DNA of 56,514 nt, filler included, from Sluysia triapertura (lineage: Eukaryota), in NCBI GenBank assembly GCA_046118255.1. It is 4 parts of 4 records of this genome, joined end to end, with 100 filler letters (N's around TTAATTAATTAA, not from the genome) between each part and the next. Parts side by side here need not be neighbours in the genome. Positions count along the whole stretch, not along the records: positions 11,931 to 33,392 come from JBJNIA010255077.1; 3 more parts are not named here. One strand, given 5' to 3'. The position numbers were made by a program, and so were the translations under genes. Shown one piece after another: positions 13,511 to 25,110 of the stretch. The notes below the pieces were generated by a model. It was not told where the DNA came from. It searched no databases and saw only the letters and a list, made by a program, of their open reading frames with translations. Numbering within the stretch: the first letter of the stretch is position 1; each line of letters begins with the position of its first letter.

Positions 13511-13671
13511 TTATTAATGATTTGGGGACTATCGTTTTCCAGTCTTCCTTCGAATCTCTAAATCGAAGGATTCCATCCGTAATTGCTAATCTCTTTGTCT
13601 GATTTTATATTAGTGTTCCCTTTGCTAGTGAATTGATAATAGATGAAATCTCTTCGTCTTCCCTTTGATGT

Positions 13672-14090
13672 TTAATAATTTCCTTTATCATCTACATTAG
13701 TTAATCGTGACATACAATCAGCGCCATTATTTTGTGAACCTGGTTTGTAAATAACTTCTAAATCAAATTCGGATAGTTTGTTGAACCATCTATTCAATCT
13801 ACTCACTTCGTCTCTATGATTATACAAGTAGGTTAGTGGTTTGTGGTCTGTATACAAATAAACTTTTTGTCCTAACAGATAATGCCGAAATAGCTTACAT
13901 GCATATACTATTGCTAAACATTCCTTTTCTATCGTCGAATAGTTCATTTCAGATTTATTCAATCTTCGACTAGCATATGCAATTACTGCTTCTAAGTTTT
14001 TATCTTTTTGTCCTAAAATTGCTCCTATGGCATAATTACTAGCATCTGTGGTGAGTATAAATGGTTTATTGACATCAGGGAATATTAATA
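13672..14090 (-). pseudogene. RNase H of Gypsy pol
   Basis: FILTTDASNYAIGAILGQ..IAYASRRLNKSEMNYSTIEKECLAIV..YTDHKPL..ADCMSR. Confidence 0.95.
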
Positions 14091-14099
14091 TTGGTGTCG

Positions 14100-15010
14100 T
14101 TAATCGTTCTTTTAATTCGTTAAAAGCTTTTGTTTGTTCTTCCGTCCATCTAAACTCGACATCGTTTTTAGTTAATTTTCAGAGGGGTTGTGTTATTTTA
14201 GCGAAATTTTGAACAAATCTCCTATAGTAATTAGCTAGTCCTAAAAACTTTGAACCTTTTTTACGTTATCAGGTTGTGGGAATTTTACCACTTTTTCTAC
14301 ATTTCTCGGATTGGGTTTTATTCCAGCTTTTGGTACTATGTGTCCTAAAAATTCGCCTTTTTCTTCAGCCCAAACACATTTGGTTGGTTTAATTTTCAAC
14401 CGAGCTATTTCTAATCTGTTTAACATATTATCAATGTCTTTTATATGTGTTTCAAAATCTTTAGAAAATATTATTATGTCATCTATATATATACCATGAC
14501 ATTTTTGCATCCTGATAATACAAAATTCATGCATCTTTGAAACGTTGCAGGTACGCTTTTTCTCACATTCGTATAATTCATCACCATAAGTGAATGCGAT
14601 TTTATGTTTATCTTTTTCGGCAATTTCGATTTGCCAATAACCGCTGTAAATCAAGAGTTGTAAAATATGTGGCATTTCCTAGTTTGTCCAGCATTTCATC
14701 TATTCGTGGTAAGGGAAATACGTCTTTTCTTGTTATCTTATGTAATTCTCTAAAATCTATACAAAATCTCATTGTACCATCTTTCTTTTTAACCAGTAAA
14801 ACTGGAGATGAGAAAGTTGAGAAGCTTGGTCTTATTACTCCGGCCTTTTTCATTGTGTCTATTTGTTCTTGCATCTCCTTTTGTTTACATATTGGTATTA
14901 TGTACGGCTTTTTTCGGATTACCTTATCTATTATTAGCGGTATCTCGTGTTTTATTATTACGGAATCTCCAATGTCGTATTTTTTTGCTATTGCTCTGGG
15001 ATATCGGTAA
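14100..15010 (-). pseudogene. Reverse transcriptase of Gypsy pol, frameshifted
   Basis: SSPVLLVKKKDGTMRFCIDFRELHK..FPLPRIDEML..YFTTLDL; GYWQI; YIDDIIIFS; FLGHIV. Confidence 0.96.
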
Positions 15011-15149
15011 ATAACATCATATAATTGTTTTATTTGTTTGTTGGTTAGATTTTTATTAGTAATTTGAATTTCACCACAATCCTCATATTGTATTTCACGC
15101 TGCAATTTTATATTATTTTTGGTTTTGTTTATCAATATTATTGTATTTA

Positions 15150-15410
15150 TATGAGCAGGTATTATTTACTTTCCCTAATTTAGTACCAGTATAAAGCCAT
15201 TTATTATTGTTAGTGTAATTTATAATTCGTACCGGTATTCTTCCTTCACAATTATTACATACTGCATTAGCTATTCCGATGTCCAACTTTTCTTGATTAT
15301 TTTCTGATGCAATAAACATAATGTTTTCGTTTAATAAACTATTTGTCTTGGCCGACATTATATATTTACTTCTTTTAACTAGCCATACTGGTTCATCAAC
15401 GTATACGTCA
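15150..15410 (-). other. dUTPase-like beta-rich spacer domain between PR and RT
   Basis: IGIANAVC..GRIPVRIINYTNNNKWLYTGTKLG resembles the degenerate dUTPase-fold segment seen in many Gypsy pol proteins. Confidence 0.4.
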
Positions 15411-15479
15411 TCATCATCAATAGTTCTCGATCGACTATCCATTAATTTAACTTGGTCAAAATCTAGTGTTACTCCTTTC

Positions 15480-15747
15480 AATTGAGACAATATATCCATC
15501 CCCATTATCATTTCTTCTGGACATTTTTTCATAACTCTTAATTTAATTTCTAGTTTATTTTGTCCTATTTCATTACTCCAGTTATGTTAATAGCATCACC
15601 TGTGACTCCTGATAAGTGGGAGGTATGATTCGCTAAGTTTTTCAATTCATCTTTATTTAAGAAATTTTCATTAATTAAAGAAGCTACCGCTTCTGTATCG
15701 ATTAATGATGTTACTACTCCATTTACTCTAGCGTTAACTATTGGTCT
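15480..15747 (-). pseudogene. Canonical-position aspartic protease (PR1)
   Basis: RPIVNARVNG..SLIDTEAVASLI (DTG mutated to DTE) .. GVTG .. MIMGMDIL. Confidence 0.85.
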
Positions 15748-16009
15748 CTTTGATCCATTATAGTTATTATTTGCGCAAATCATATATATTACGTGTGGCG
15801 GTGACAATGGAGCGTTAGAATGTATCCCTTTATTTTGATTTTCTTTAGCTGTTTTGTCCTCTGTTATTTTATTTCCATAAAATTTCTGATTTTCTATAAT
15901 TTCTTCGTTTTCATTATTCTGTAATGATTGCAGTGTTATATTTAACTGTTGTCTTTCTTGTGATTGATGCCTTTCTTTTCTTAATGCGTTTATCTGCGCA
16001 TTAGCATGA

Positions 16010-16810
16010 TGATGTAATAGATATTTTGCCAAAAAGGGGAAACATCAAATTATCAGTTTCTTATTACCGAAAATGCTTGAGATATTATTAGTGCAATTAC
16101 CTTAATTATTATGTAAATACCTATTAATCCGGAAAATGCCTGTCCTAATATTAAAAATTTTCCCCATATGTGTTTTAGTGTATCCTGCGCTGCTCTTTTA
16201 AAATGGGCAGGTCCTAATAATAATTCAAAATTTATTTGTCCATTCTTCTCTACTGTTGCTTATTTACTATTTCTGTTAATATTTTCGACCTTTTAATTGG
16301 GAACAAGATTTCCCGCCAAGCTGCCTTTAATGTCGTCGTTTGTATACATATCCGAGTTTGGTATATTTTTTGTAGCTAAAAATTTTAATTTTCCTTTTAG
16401 TTCGGTTAATCCTATTATTTCCGGAGTTTTTACTTGACTCCTATGTGGTAAGGATATCCATAGGTTATCATCTATTCTATACTCTGGAGCAATAACAGAA
16501 CAATGCATTAATTTCGGTTTGACTTCATTGTTTGGGAAAATTACTCTAGTTACTGGTTCTAAATGTTTTTATCATACAATATAGGCAATTCGTTTGTGCA
16601 TTCAGTGGTTGATCTTAATTGTACTTCAACGTTTTTACATTTATGTGTATAATACTTCTCCCATTAGTCGACCGAAAACTCCTTCTAATGGTAATAATGG
16701 TGCGACCAAGTCTGGATTTGTGATTACTATTGCTAATTTTGTACGCAAGATTTCCTTATTGATATGGCAATCGCGAATAACCATTATTTGGTAAATTTTT
16801 TCTAAAGATA
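16010..16810 (-). pseudogene. Chuvirus-like (class III/gB-type) envelope glycoprotein, C-terminal half with TM region
   Basis: Frameshift-corrected: IYQIMVIRDCHINKEILRTKLAIVITNPDL..GRLMGEVLYT/KCKNVEVQLRSTTECTNELPI../LEPVTRVI..CSVIAPEYRI..W..P..MYTNDDI/AWREILFPIKR../WGKFLILGQAFSGLIGIYIIIKVI; matches the recalled chuvirus G pattern GEV..KC.PV....CY.ELPV..P.TRI..GIY..D...IMFP..W..F..FG..S.G..G. Confidence 0.8.
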
Positions 16811-16811
16811 T

Positions 16812-17160
16812 TATATCTTTAAAGGTTAATTATATTTATCAATTCTTTCGAAACAAATATTACTCAGAAATTTAGTCCCAAATACATTTTTAATTCATTT
16901 TAATGTTAGAAATCATTAAGAATTTTAGGAAAACCCTATAGAGTTTTAAAGAATTCAATTTTATACAATGAAATAACAACGATAACTCTAGCATAGTGCA
17001 CCCTGTTATCGTTGCTGTTTCACTCAGTTTTGTCAATTTTTATTTTATTTTTATTTTTATATGTAAGAAATAAGTAAGAAAGAAAGATCGTGTGATATAT
17101 CTGAAAGAAAGTTATTGTTATTATTATTATTATCAATTATTAATATTTTAATTTATTAAA
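16812..17160 (+). repeat. Partial copy of the TGTGGTGG repeat family (3' part); truncates the env gene
   Basis: Direct similarity to 21248-21640, including the hairpin at 16969-17022. Confidence 0.85.
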
Positions 17161-17405
17161 ACAATAATTTAAAATTGTATATTTTTTAAAACAACAATTT
17201 AAATTGTTATTTGTTTTGTATTATGATATAATAGTAATATTTAAAATAAATAAAAATAAATAAATAAAATAAAACAAAATATAAAAATAAAAATAAATAA
17301 CTAAAAATATTCAGATGTTTCATTAAATAAAATATCCAATTGTTAAAATAAAATAAAAATCATTTCATTTAATATTATATGTTGATTATTCCAACAGCTT
17401 TTTTT

Positions 17406-18952
17406 CTATATTGTTCGATTCCTAATGCTAACAATGTTTCCCCCAAAGGGAAGATTTGTCCCAAATCTAAAAATCGTCATCAAGATCGACGTCGTGGAAT
17501 AGAGGAGGAGAAGGGGAATCTGTAAAAGCTCCATGGGCGGAGCGAGGTCTTCGACGCGGAGGTGGGAAAGATCGCGGAGCGTGACCTGATTTTTGGGGAG
17601 ATCGGTGATTCGCGGAAAATTGTCGCAATCCGACGATAATGATGGCCTTTTCCGTTTAATGGAAACAGGCTTCTTGAATACTTGAAAGGTAGATGCCGTG
17701 GATGTCGATGGTGATGACGGAAGTTGACTGGTAGTGATAATTGTATTTGATGTTGTAGATGGATATTTTGATGACGGAGTAGAAGAAGTAGGGTGGGAGG
17801 AAGAATGCAAGGAATGTTTGAGTAAAGAAGAACCAGTAATTGCAGAAAAAGAGGAACTAGACTTTTTTGAGAAAAGAGAGGGAGGGTCGTTACAACGAGG
17901 GATAAAGCCTTCATCTTTCTCTGATAAAATCCAGTAGTGTGACTAATTCAGTTGCCGCCTGTAAACAAGAAAACTTTGGACAAATGGGTATAGCAACTTC
18001 CAAGTAAGTCCTCTGTTGGGAAAGAAAGAAGGTTATGGTTAGTCAGGTTCATAATACCGCGTAACCAATGATTGAATGATAAATACAGGGTCAAGTGCCA
18101 CCAATATCTTATTATGGAACAAATTTAGAAAGTAAGGTCTGACGCTATCGATATCCTTAGCGTCCTCGGTGTCTTTTGCTGTTATTAATTGCTTATGTCG
18201 AAGAAAGTTTTTAATTCTAGCGCGTGGTTTAATGTGTGACTCTGAGTGAGACTGCTTACTACATGGAATAGAGGCTATTCCTGTTAATTGATACTGGTTG
18301 TTAAAATTAATAGCCTAGTAACAGGCTACGAAAAGTAGCAGTTCCTCATCGAAGATAGACAGGGAGGAACATGGGTGTAGGAAGTCCCACTGTTCCAACG
18401 GCCCAAGTTATCTGTATCAGAGGCGAAAAGGTTATCGAGTTTTGAAGGGAAATATGGGGGTACGAGAACATAAAGTAGAGAAATAGACATAGGGAATTCA
18501 AGGGCTTCGAGGAAAATCCCACAAGAGCGGGTTAAGGCTGAAAAGTGAATAGTCGAAGGGCCTTCAATTCTTAACAAAAGAGGGTTATTATTCACAGTAA
18601 GGGTTATTCTGACTGTTCCACGTGCTACTGCGATGTAAAGTGTATCAAACTCTTCAGGGGCATTAGCCATTCCACGTAAAGTAATCTGTGAATGGTCAGG
18701 GGTTAAAGGGAAAAAATGTGAGGCTAAGTTCTCATTTAGCTCACTCTTTAATTTACGGTCTTTTGAGAAAGAATCAGGGAAGAAAACAGGAGATGATAAA
18801 GTAGCACAAAATCGGTCTACGGAGATATAGAAGGATTTTAGCTCTGGGATGAACTTTTGATTTAGTTTGTTCTTGAGTATTGATAGATTTTCTATAGATA
18901 CATAGTACAAAGAATAAGAAAGGTAAAATGTAATATACAAAAAAATATTCAT
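17406..18952 (-). pseudogene. Degraded ~500-codon orphan ORF with Ser/Thr/Pro-rich C-terminal part
   Basis: ORF 18326..18952, a long open stretch ~18315-18045 and ORF 17406..17810 are collinear, joined by stops/frameshifts; GC visibly higher than background. Confidence 0.45.
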
Positions 18953-19263
18953 AGGTAAAAATTTTTTAATTCGTATTTTGAATACTATAATAATAAATAA
19001 TATTTAAGTAACAATTTTTATTATTTTTTAATAAAGGGGTTATTAACTAAATGTTTATTTAATTTATAAAATTTTCTTAATTAACGTCGTCGATAATTAT
19101 GCTTTTGTGACTTAGTTAAACCTGGTGAATAATCATGTTTTGGTACCTGAAATCCATTATACGAAAAACGAACTTTTGATAAATCAGAAGGTTGTAAAAT
19201 GTCAATACTAGAATCTTCCCTGAGCCCATTGATAGCTACAACAGGAAATGAATCTGGTTTGAC

Positions 19264-19584
19264 TTATTTTACTGTGAATTCGTAAGATCTTCTAAACTTT
19301 TTTCTATAATATACCTCACATTCCTTAACTGTGACACGACACATAGGGCAAGAAGGAAAAGGAGTTGGGGCAGATTCGAACAGAAAATAGAGACAACGGA
19401 AATGAAAACGGTGTTTACAGGGAATAGTCACGGAGTAGTATTTTCTAATTGGTTGACGACAAATTGCACAGATGGTAAAACGTATTTGGGTAGACATTAT
19501 CGACTGGAACAAAGATACAATATAGTATACAGTATTATTAATAAAAAATATTATAGAAGCAAATAAGTTAAATATCGATACCAT
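19264..19584 (-). CDS. Small intronless RING-H2 zinc-finger protein (putative E3 ligase)
   Basis: CAIC-x13-CKHRFHFRC-x14-CPMC, i.e. C3H2C3; frame intact. Confidence 0.85.
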   Translation of the reverse strand: MVSIFNLFASIIFFINNTVYYIVSLFQSIMSTQIRFTICAICRQPIRKYYSVTIPCKHRFHFRCLYFLFESAPTPFPSCPMCRVTVKECEVYYRKKFRRSYEFTVK

Positions 19585-19746
19585 ATATTACATATTGACC
19601 TAACTAGACAAACTAAAATATGAGTTATTCAACATCACCTTCTCATGATCGATAATGGATAGTTAACAGCCATCACATATGGTCAGCAAGCAGGGAGTGT
19701 CTTTACTCATACTTTATGTTCTAATTATTAATTTTAAGTGAGTATT

Positions 19747-20361
19747 TCATGCTTTAATAAAAAGATGATTCCTGTACCTAATGAACAAATAGAACTTATG
19801 AATTTGACAAACAATATGTATTACTGATGTAGTTAGAAAAAGACATGTTATAACATGGTAAAAGAGTATAGATTGGTAGAGATTTAATATAGTGTCCTCT
19901 GTGGAATTTCTATTCGAGTAGTTCTGACATTGTGAGCTTAAGTTTTTACTTAACTTAGTGGTATAGTTTAGATTTTTAATATTTCGTACTGTACTTTTAG
20001 TACTTGCAGTAGTAGTGGTAGTAATAATGGTTTGTGTTGAAGTAGTGACAATATCCTGTTCTTTTAGTATTTGTACCATTAGATCACACACTATACTCTG
20101 GCCAAAATCCACGTGATCAAGAATTTCATTATAACGTAAAATCCACACTTCAATAAATTTAAGATTAGGCTCTGGTGCAAAATATAGATTAACGCCAGTG
20201 TTTGGAAGGATTAAGGCATAGTGTTGTTCCTTGTTAAATAATTCGTCAAAATTTTTCTTAGGTATATCCTTTTTATCTCTTTCGTGACCAATTATAATAG
20301 CGTTTTCTAATACCGGATTTGTTATCCGTACAAAGTTATTACCTTCCCTATATAATAACAT
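19747..20361 (-). CDS. Orphan protein with Thr-rich linker and C-terminal hydrophobic (TM-like) segment
   Basis: 204-aa open frame in AT-rich DNA; TTSTQTIITTTTTAST followed by ILFYHVITCLFLTTSVIHIVC. Confidence 0.5.
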   Translation of the reverse strand: MLLYREGNNFVRITNPVLENAIIIGHERDKKDIPKKNFDELFNKEQHYALILPNTGVNLYFAPEPNLKFIEVWILRYNEILDHVDFGQSIVCDLMVQILKEQDIVTTSTQTIITTTTTASTKSTVRNIKNLNYTTKLSKNLSSQCQNYSNRNSTEDTILNLYQSILFYHVITCLFLTTSVIHIVCQIHKFYLFIRYRNHLFIKA

Positions 20362-20506
20362 TAAAAACTTAATAGTTATTGATAAGTGATTAAAAGCGTA
20401 AGGTTGTGTCCTAACTTTATAATTATGTATTGATATAACTTTCGAGTTTTGTTTTAGTTCATATTCAAATTCTAACTTAAGAGTAATATTAAATAGCTGA
20501 TTTTCT

Positions 20507-21710
20507 TCTAGTGACCAACCTTAATAACCACTAAAATTTTATTGAAAATTAATTTTTTTTCTTCATTTCATACATCTCAACAGCTGTATATCCATTTATT
20601 ACATTCTTTAAAATCAAATTATATTCACAATTCCACAGCATCTAAATTATAATTACATTCAACATTATCAATTTATGTTAACTAATTCACCAGAAACATT
20701 ACTCGACATTCACAATAATCCAACAACAAATACATTCGAAGTAATCCAATTAATACTTTCGAACCCTTTATTTTATACTACATTTTAACAATCAATACCC
20801 AATAATTAATAACATTTATTCAATAGTTTATTTGCTGCAACTAAATCACAATCATAAACTCATAACACATAAACCACAATTACAATTAACACCATTCCAC
20901 AACACTAATAAATCTACTCGAAACGCATAAATACCCACTTCACACCCTTGAATCAATTACAACGTTTCAAATGCACTATTCATCTATGCATAATCATCAT
21001 TAACACAAAACTACAACACCAAAAACATCAAACAAATTAATTACACAAAACATAGTATAACAACACCTTAAATATGCAAGGAGTTGTATTACATTGTTTT
21101 TAGATTCATTAAATTACAATCTTCCCAGTAAACCTTTTTATCCACGATATTTCAATACTTAGATCTTATTTTCAATTTTAACTTCAATCAATATTTAAGA
21201 ACTTATTCTAACATCATTTATTTCATTTTTGACTCAATTCATTCATCATATCTTTAAAGGTTAAATACAGTTATCAAATCTTTCAAAACAATCCTTACTC
21301 AGAAAGTTAGTTTCAAATACATTTTAACTTACTTCAACACGTTAAACATTTCTAGAATTTAAGCTAAATCTAATACAGTTTTAAAGAATTCAATTTTATA
21401 CAGTGGGATAGCAACGATAACTCCAGCATCATACACCCTGTTATCGTTGCTATTTCAATCATTTCCATCAATTTTTATTCAGTTTCTTTTGTTACCTTTT
21501 TATATGTCAAGAACTAAGATATAAAAGAAAGAAAAGATCGTGTTATTTTCTCGTAAAAAGAAATTTTATGCATTAATTGTATATTTTCGTTTTATCAATA
21601 ATAATAATAACAATATTGTTATTGTTATTATTATCAATAACTAAATTAATTATTACTAAAATTTTATATAATCCATAAATTTGTTACTACCACCACCAGT
21701 GTTGACGTTT
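20507..21710 (+). repeat. TGTGGTGG repeat family, copy B
   Basis: Starts TCTAGTGACCAACCTTAATAACCACTAAAATT (variant of the copy A start); aligns with A and D; ends at TTACTACCACCACCAGTG box. Confidence 0.8.
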
Positions 21711-21800
21711 TTAATCATGCCTATCAGTATCTTTTCAACACTGATGATGGCTGTCCACATCTGATTTACATTTGTGTTGTCTTCAATTGCTTTTTTACTT

Positions 21801-21860
21801 GTCATCCAATCAGACTGAATTTTAATCAATGATAAACTAGAGAGGCACTGATTGGATGAC
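21801..21860. promoter_or_regulatory. Inverted pair of CCAAT boxes (13-bp perfect inverted repeat) upstream of ORF 21960
   Basis: GTCATCCAATCAG-34nt-CTGATTGGATGAC; a CCAAT pair also lies at 50302/50351 upstream of ORF 50166. Confidence 0.45.
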
Positions 21861-21959
21861 CAACAAAAACAAGATTAAAAATAGATGTACTGTAAAAAGA
21901 TTAAAAAATGAAAAGAACGTGATTAATAATTTGTAGTAACAAGTGAAAAACACAAAAAA

Positions 21960-22538
21960 ATGAAGCAGAACAAAACTTGTAAAAACTTTAAAAGTCAGCA
22001 AAATCTCATGATAAATCATGGTTACATTCAAACAGAAATGTACTATAATAACCGAAATTGGCAACCTCACCAATTGATCCCAGCTATCATCTCAAGAAGT
22101 TATGAATTACCACAATTAATGTCTCATGTGAATCAACCAACGTTTTATAAATCCCAGAATAAATCTGGATGGTTTTACAATTCCATGGGAGAGATTATAA
22201 TCAATGCAGATATTGAAGAATTGTTAAATTATGTTCAATCATTGAATTCACAATTAAATAAAATGAACATATCGACAAGTTTTCATAGCGAACTTTTCTA
22301 TTTTACCGCATATGTATGTGATCTTTCAATCTTAGTTAGTTTACGTAAACAGATATATGGAGAAATAATTATGCAAGAGTCAGAAAGAGAAATTCTCAAT
22401 GCAGATGATCTACAAAAGTATCAACTACAAACTTCCAGCTTTCAACAAAAACAACCCATTGTTTGTTCGAATGTCACTCTTAAAAACAAAGCAATTCTTT
22501 GTCGAGATTCGTTGTTTTATTTTAAAAATACCTCCTAG
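21960..22538 (+). CDS. Orphan 192-aa ORF downstream of repeat copy B
   Basis: ATG-initiated long ORF with no recognised domain. Confidence 0.4.
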   Translation: MKQNKTCKNFKSQQNLMINHGYIQTEMYYNNRNWQPHQLIPAIISRSYELPQLMSHVNQPTFYKSQNKSGWFYNSMGEIIINADIEELLNYVQSLNSQLNKMNISTSFHSELFYFTAYVCDLSILVSLRKQIYGEIIMQESEREILNADDLQKYQLQTSSFQQKQPIVCSNVTLKNKAILCRDSLFYFKNTS

Positions 22539-24719
22539 TTACTACGACAGTATTAGCTAATACAAGTAAAATTATGTCAAAAGCACTATTAATAGTATTG
22601 GCCACAGTTTGTTGTAGATGATTTTAGCTTTGCTTCATTCATCATTACTCAGAAGCAACTCGTTATACTGAAAAATTTGGATGTGAAATCATCGGGAGTT
22701 ATGCAATTCAGCTACATTCATTCTCGTTCGAGTAAATTACCATATTTAGTGTTCAAACACATTGAATTGATATTTTCTTTTTTTGCCATCCATTTTTGCA
22801 AGTAAAATTGATGAGTACCTTTCTATTCGAAGATTATTCAAATATATTCTAACTACTTATCCGGTTTACAATGGTTTATTAATTCGCCACTTAAGTAATA
22901 TTAGTGTCCTGATTCGATCTTTATGAAGTCATTCGGTAAAATTTTATTTTTCATATACAATTGATAATTGCAACATATTTTATTTTTTAGATTAAAGGAT
23001 CATGGAACTACAATGGGATGTTATCATTATGTAATTGTTATTATATCAAAAAGAAATAACAAAAATATGTTCATTGATCAGTTTATGTCTAATAAAGTTT
23101 TCTTTTTTAGTCTTTATAAGAATTTTTATAATATGACAAAAGATATAAGATTATTGTTAAAGCAAATGAAAATTAAAAATTATAACATAAAAAATGGTAA
23201 AAAGTGTTATACGAATAAAACATTAGTTATCCTTAGGTCAGTTAATATAAAAAATGAATATAATAATCTTGTACGGTCAACTTGTTCCCTTACTTCATCA
23301 AAATTTAAAGATATCTATCCGAAGGGTTTAACATATAGTAAAACATGTTCATTACATTTGAATTTTAGTAACCTGTCAATTTTATTACTCTGTCAAACCA
23401 TCACATTAATAAATGTCTGTCAAGTTAGTACTATGTTTAAAGTTCCTACTTTGGATAAATTTGCAAACAATATAAAACACCTAAATTGGTATCAGCTTAT
23501 CAGCACTACAGTACATATAAAAAGGCATACCACACAAAAATATCTTATAATTCCAAGTTGTTACAATCCATTATATAATAACAAAACTCCAAATTTTAAA
23601 ACTCCAAAACAATAACTCAATAAGTTAATTTAATCTGAAATCTGGAAGAATCTAATATTCACCAAATCACATCAATTTTTATTTGAACAATGATATAAGT
23701 CAATTTGTTACTTCTTTAGTAATTCCTTATCACTATAAGGTCTATTTTAATTCAACGCAAAAATTTAAAACTTAATAAAAAGATACGAATCCTAATACAT
23801 TAAATATAATGTACACATAACAATAGGACAATTATAAGTTATTACCAAATTAAACAAAGAATAGTTAACATAAATAAAATAATAACCAAGGGTCACACAA
23901 AACAAAACTTAAATTATGTACTTTCTAAAAATACTCCAAAATTTTACATATAAATAAAGAGGAGCTTCCTCAAAAATTAACTAAATTAACTTTAAATCAC
24001 AAGAAAGATTATCCAAAATTAATTATAAATTTTTCTAAAATTACAAAAAAATTATTAACTAAATTAATGTTAAAAAGGGGGATTCCACAAAAATTATATA
24101 AATAATATATTTTATAAAATTAAAAAAATACTAAAAAAGTTACTATGTCATGGATTTTAATGATACTGGAACACCATGATTTTTACATCATTTTGTTATA
24201 AAATTTTTCGACGATTCCCTTTTATACTTTCTGACCATCCAACCACTATTGATTTAACAAATTATGAGAACATTCTTTGGGAATTAAACCAATAATAATA
24301 ACTTTGACAGTTACATGGTATGCCCTGCGAAAGTGTATTAGGTATAGAACACAAAAATTTGATTACTGATCAACCATTATTTTCATTTAATCTACTCGAT
24401 CTTTTTCATTTAAATTACTTCTCAAATTAACATAACAATCATAAAATAAAATAATGAATTTAATTTTAGAATTCAATTGATTTTCGGTTTTTCACACAAA
24501 ATGTTCTAATGGAAAATGTTTGAGGTTCTTATTCTCAAACAAACGACTCTACAAATATTTCAAACTCACTTCTATATACTTCTCTTTCATAGCAATCATC
24601 TCATATTCAATTATCTTTTGAACATTCCCTAAATAATTAATTAAAATTTAACTCTGCTCAATATTAAGGCCTTCATTTCATGAACTCAAACCATAACTTC
24701 ATCGAAAGGTCTTTATATA

Positions 24720-25110
24720 CATAATACACAATTTCAACTTTGGTAGCATTCCGCATTCACATGTCTAAAGGTTTTATTAAGATTCTAAAGTTATTTAGTA
24801 CTTTGTAAGTTAAAGGAATCTAGATGCTTTCGTTTACACCACTCTGATGCCTTTTCTACTTCTTTACGTTAATTATCAATGCATCAAACTTACTTTTAAT
24901 GTTAGCAACAATGATTTTATTTCTCAAATGTTCTAAAGATTTCAACTGCTTATCAAGGTCTCAAAGACTCCTAAAGGTCAATGAAATCTCAGATGATCTC
25001 AAAGTTCACAAGTCAAAGGTACTCTAATGCATCTAAAAGTTTTCCAAACTAATCTAAAGCTTCAACAAGGTCTCAACGTCTTCGGAAATCCAAAGTATTC
25101 TTCAGCTTTT
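24720..25110 (-). repeat. Dispersed repeat family (3 copies: here, ~32610-32900 +, ~35965-36335 +)
   Basis: Shared GAGAAATAAAATCATTGTT.CTAA.ATTAAA..AAAGAAGT..AAAAGG block and short-period internal repeats. Confidence 0.75.

Larger units (their letters stand above)
10814..16810 (-). mobile_element. Decayed Ty3/Gypsy-type LTR retroelement: env(chuvirus-like)-PR-dUTPase-like-RT-RNaseH-IN-PR2-3'LTR; 5' end truncated
   Basis: Contiguous frameshifted domains in Gypsy order PR-RT-RH-IN, with a glycoprotein upstream and a second protease downstream. Confidence 0.9.

Noticed and set aside
12036-15014. Plus-strand ORFs (12036, 12773, 13213, 14311, 14594, 14808) and alternative-frame ORF 12806
   Set aside because: Shadow frames of the minus-strand pol
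16594-16794. Plus-strand 66-aa ORF
   Set aside because: Antisense shadow of the env remnant
22968-23615. 215-aa plus-strand ORF
   Set aside because: Non-ATG start, composition mirrors AT-rich DNA, no domain recognised
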